Below, one piece after another: positions 62,451-64,000 of a DNA stretch of 64,000 nt (position 1 is the first letter of the stretch; each line of letters opens with the position of its first letter). The stretch lies in assembly GCA_013239625.1 (NCBI GenBank), contig MU053652.1, positions 868,001 to 932,000 of the forward strand, given 5' to 3'. Under the pieces are notes generated by a model. The model worked only from the letters and a program-made list of their open reading frames with translations, was not told the origin of the DNA and ran no database searches. The DNA is from Lama guanicoe. Taxonomy: Eukaryota. The position numbers and the translations under genes were made by a program.

Positions 62451-64000
62451 ATTAGGGGATTTATCCACAACTCACCTCCCTAAAGCTAAAATGAACACGT
62501 CAGCATTGCTGCCTGAAGGAATAACTTAACGACAGCCTTCAAATTCTGCAGCTTACACAGCAGTACAAACTGGTACTTAGTGGCAATTAGCATGAGTCAA
62601 AGTAACTACAAGATTTCCCATGTTCAGTAGGCCAGAATACTTAGGCAAAACTAATACAATTATGATTTCTTCTTGTTTTAAACACTTTCCGGAGAAAAAA
62701 ATTCATTTCCACTACAAATGTGTTTAGTAGAACAATAGACAATTTACATACTTATAACTCATCCCCAGTTTTCTTGTTTCCCAAAGGGCTTTGCAAAGTC
62801 TTTAATTATATACTAGTCTGGAACAACTATTTCAAATAATTAGCTAATTTTCTGCCCACCCCCTTTTGTCAGGTGAAAATGTGTTATCACGGAGGCACAG
62901 TTAATGTGTTTTGGATAGTGATTTGTCTTAAAAGGGGTAATTAATATTCTAATTCCAAAATAAACACCACATCTATTAAAATAATGCATTCAGGAATAGA
63001 TTAAAAGGTTGAAGAAGCTAAACTTATATCAAAATTTAGACCAAAAAAAAAAGAAGTTATGCAAAAAATCACTCTATGTACTATGTAATGTCTTTATTTT
63101 TTTTTAATCTTCAGAAAGACTCAGACTGATGATTTATCCTCTAATTATTAAAGAACACAAAGCACTGTCCATCAAAGACAGACCAAATTTTAGGACAACC
63201 AAAATCACCAAGAGGTTCAACTGACAGAACGGACAGCGAAGAAAACAGATACTTTCCAAATCTAAATCCATAATAATACAAAAGCCACTACAAAGAGGCT
63301 CCATCTCTTCAGACTGCCCAGTAAACATACATGTGCCCTTGGCATCAAGGACCAAATTGTATACAAACAATAATGGTAACAAGGATCCTTAGGCACATCC
63401 CAGAGTGGTATTAAAAATCATAGCAACTCTTCCAGTTGGTTAAAAGAACACTTGAAAGACATTTTTATAACTTGTACTGCTTCCTGCATGACTTGGTTTA
63501 GAGTTTCAGAACCTGACGTCAACCACGAACTTATGGCTACAAAAGCACCTCATGCCACCACTCCGAGGCCTCACACTTCTCATTTTCCCTGGCCTGTTTC
63601 ATTCTATGTATGTTTCACTCCCTGCATCTGTTCTTCCCTCCTTCTTTCTTATTTCTCTAGCCCATAATTCATTTTCCAGAATACCCACTAATCTATCCAA
63701 CTATACACTGCACCTATCTCTGTACTCAGCCTGTCACTCTCTAGTTTTACTAGCCCATCATGTCAACACAGAGCATGAACAAGATCTCCCAGAGGGGTGA
63801 TGGAAGGAAAGGAGGGCCCGAGACAGACCTTAGATAGGTGTTATGGCCAACAAGTACTAAAACTAAGGGAAAGATCAAAAGAAATTCCTTGAAGAGATCT
63901 GGCTTTGGCTACTAAAATGATGATAAACTATCAACTAGAGACGCAATGATCCAACACTAGCACTCTGCTGTAAAAAAGCACAGCAAAAATTCTGAAGGAG

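Noticed and set aside
217..63800. All ORFs in the supplied track as protein-coding genes
   Set aside because: Short (at most 149 aa), often with non-ATG starts, low-complexity or overlapping repeats; the only recognisable peptides are decayed L1 ORF2p

Overview
Mammalian, repeat-rich, CpG-depleted non-coding DNA. It is most likely from a camelid (camel/alpaca/llama), judged from tRNA-Ala-derived SINEs with the AATAAACCTAATT(A/G)C...CCCC tail (vic-1-like) and young artiodactyl-type L1 3' ends. I found no recognisable protein-coding exon, functional RNA gene, CRISPR array or prokaryote-type system. The supplied ORFs are random or are decayed LINE frames. The window holds L1 fragments of several ages, HAL1, a CR1/L3 remnant, L2, MIR, MER5, MaLR/ERVL/ERV1 solo LTRs and microsatellites, separated by repeat-free stretches that carry transcription-factor motif clusters. 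L1 orientation bias (roughly 3:1 on +) suggests a large intron of a minus-strand gene, which I cannot name. The most notable observations are MEIS/HOX motif clusters, a small CpG-rich KLF/EGR patch, a tiny internally inverted L1 fragment, a 66-nt internal poly(A) in a young L1, a higher-order degenerate minisatellite, and inverted L1 pairs. Repeat subfamily names come from memory of consensus sequences, not from a search, and boundaries of old repeats are approximate.
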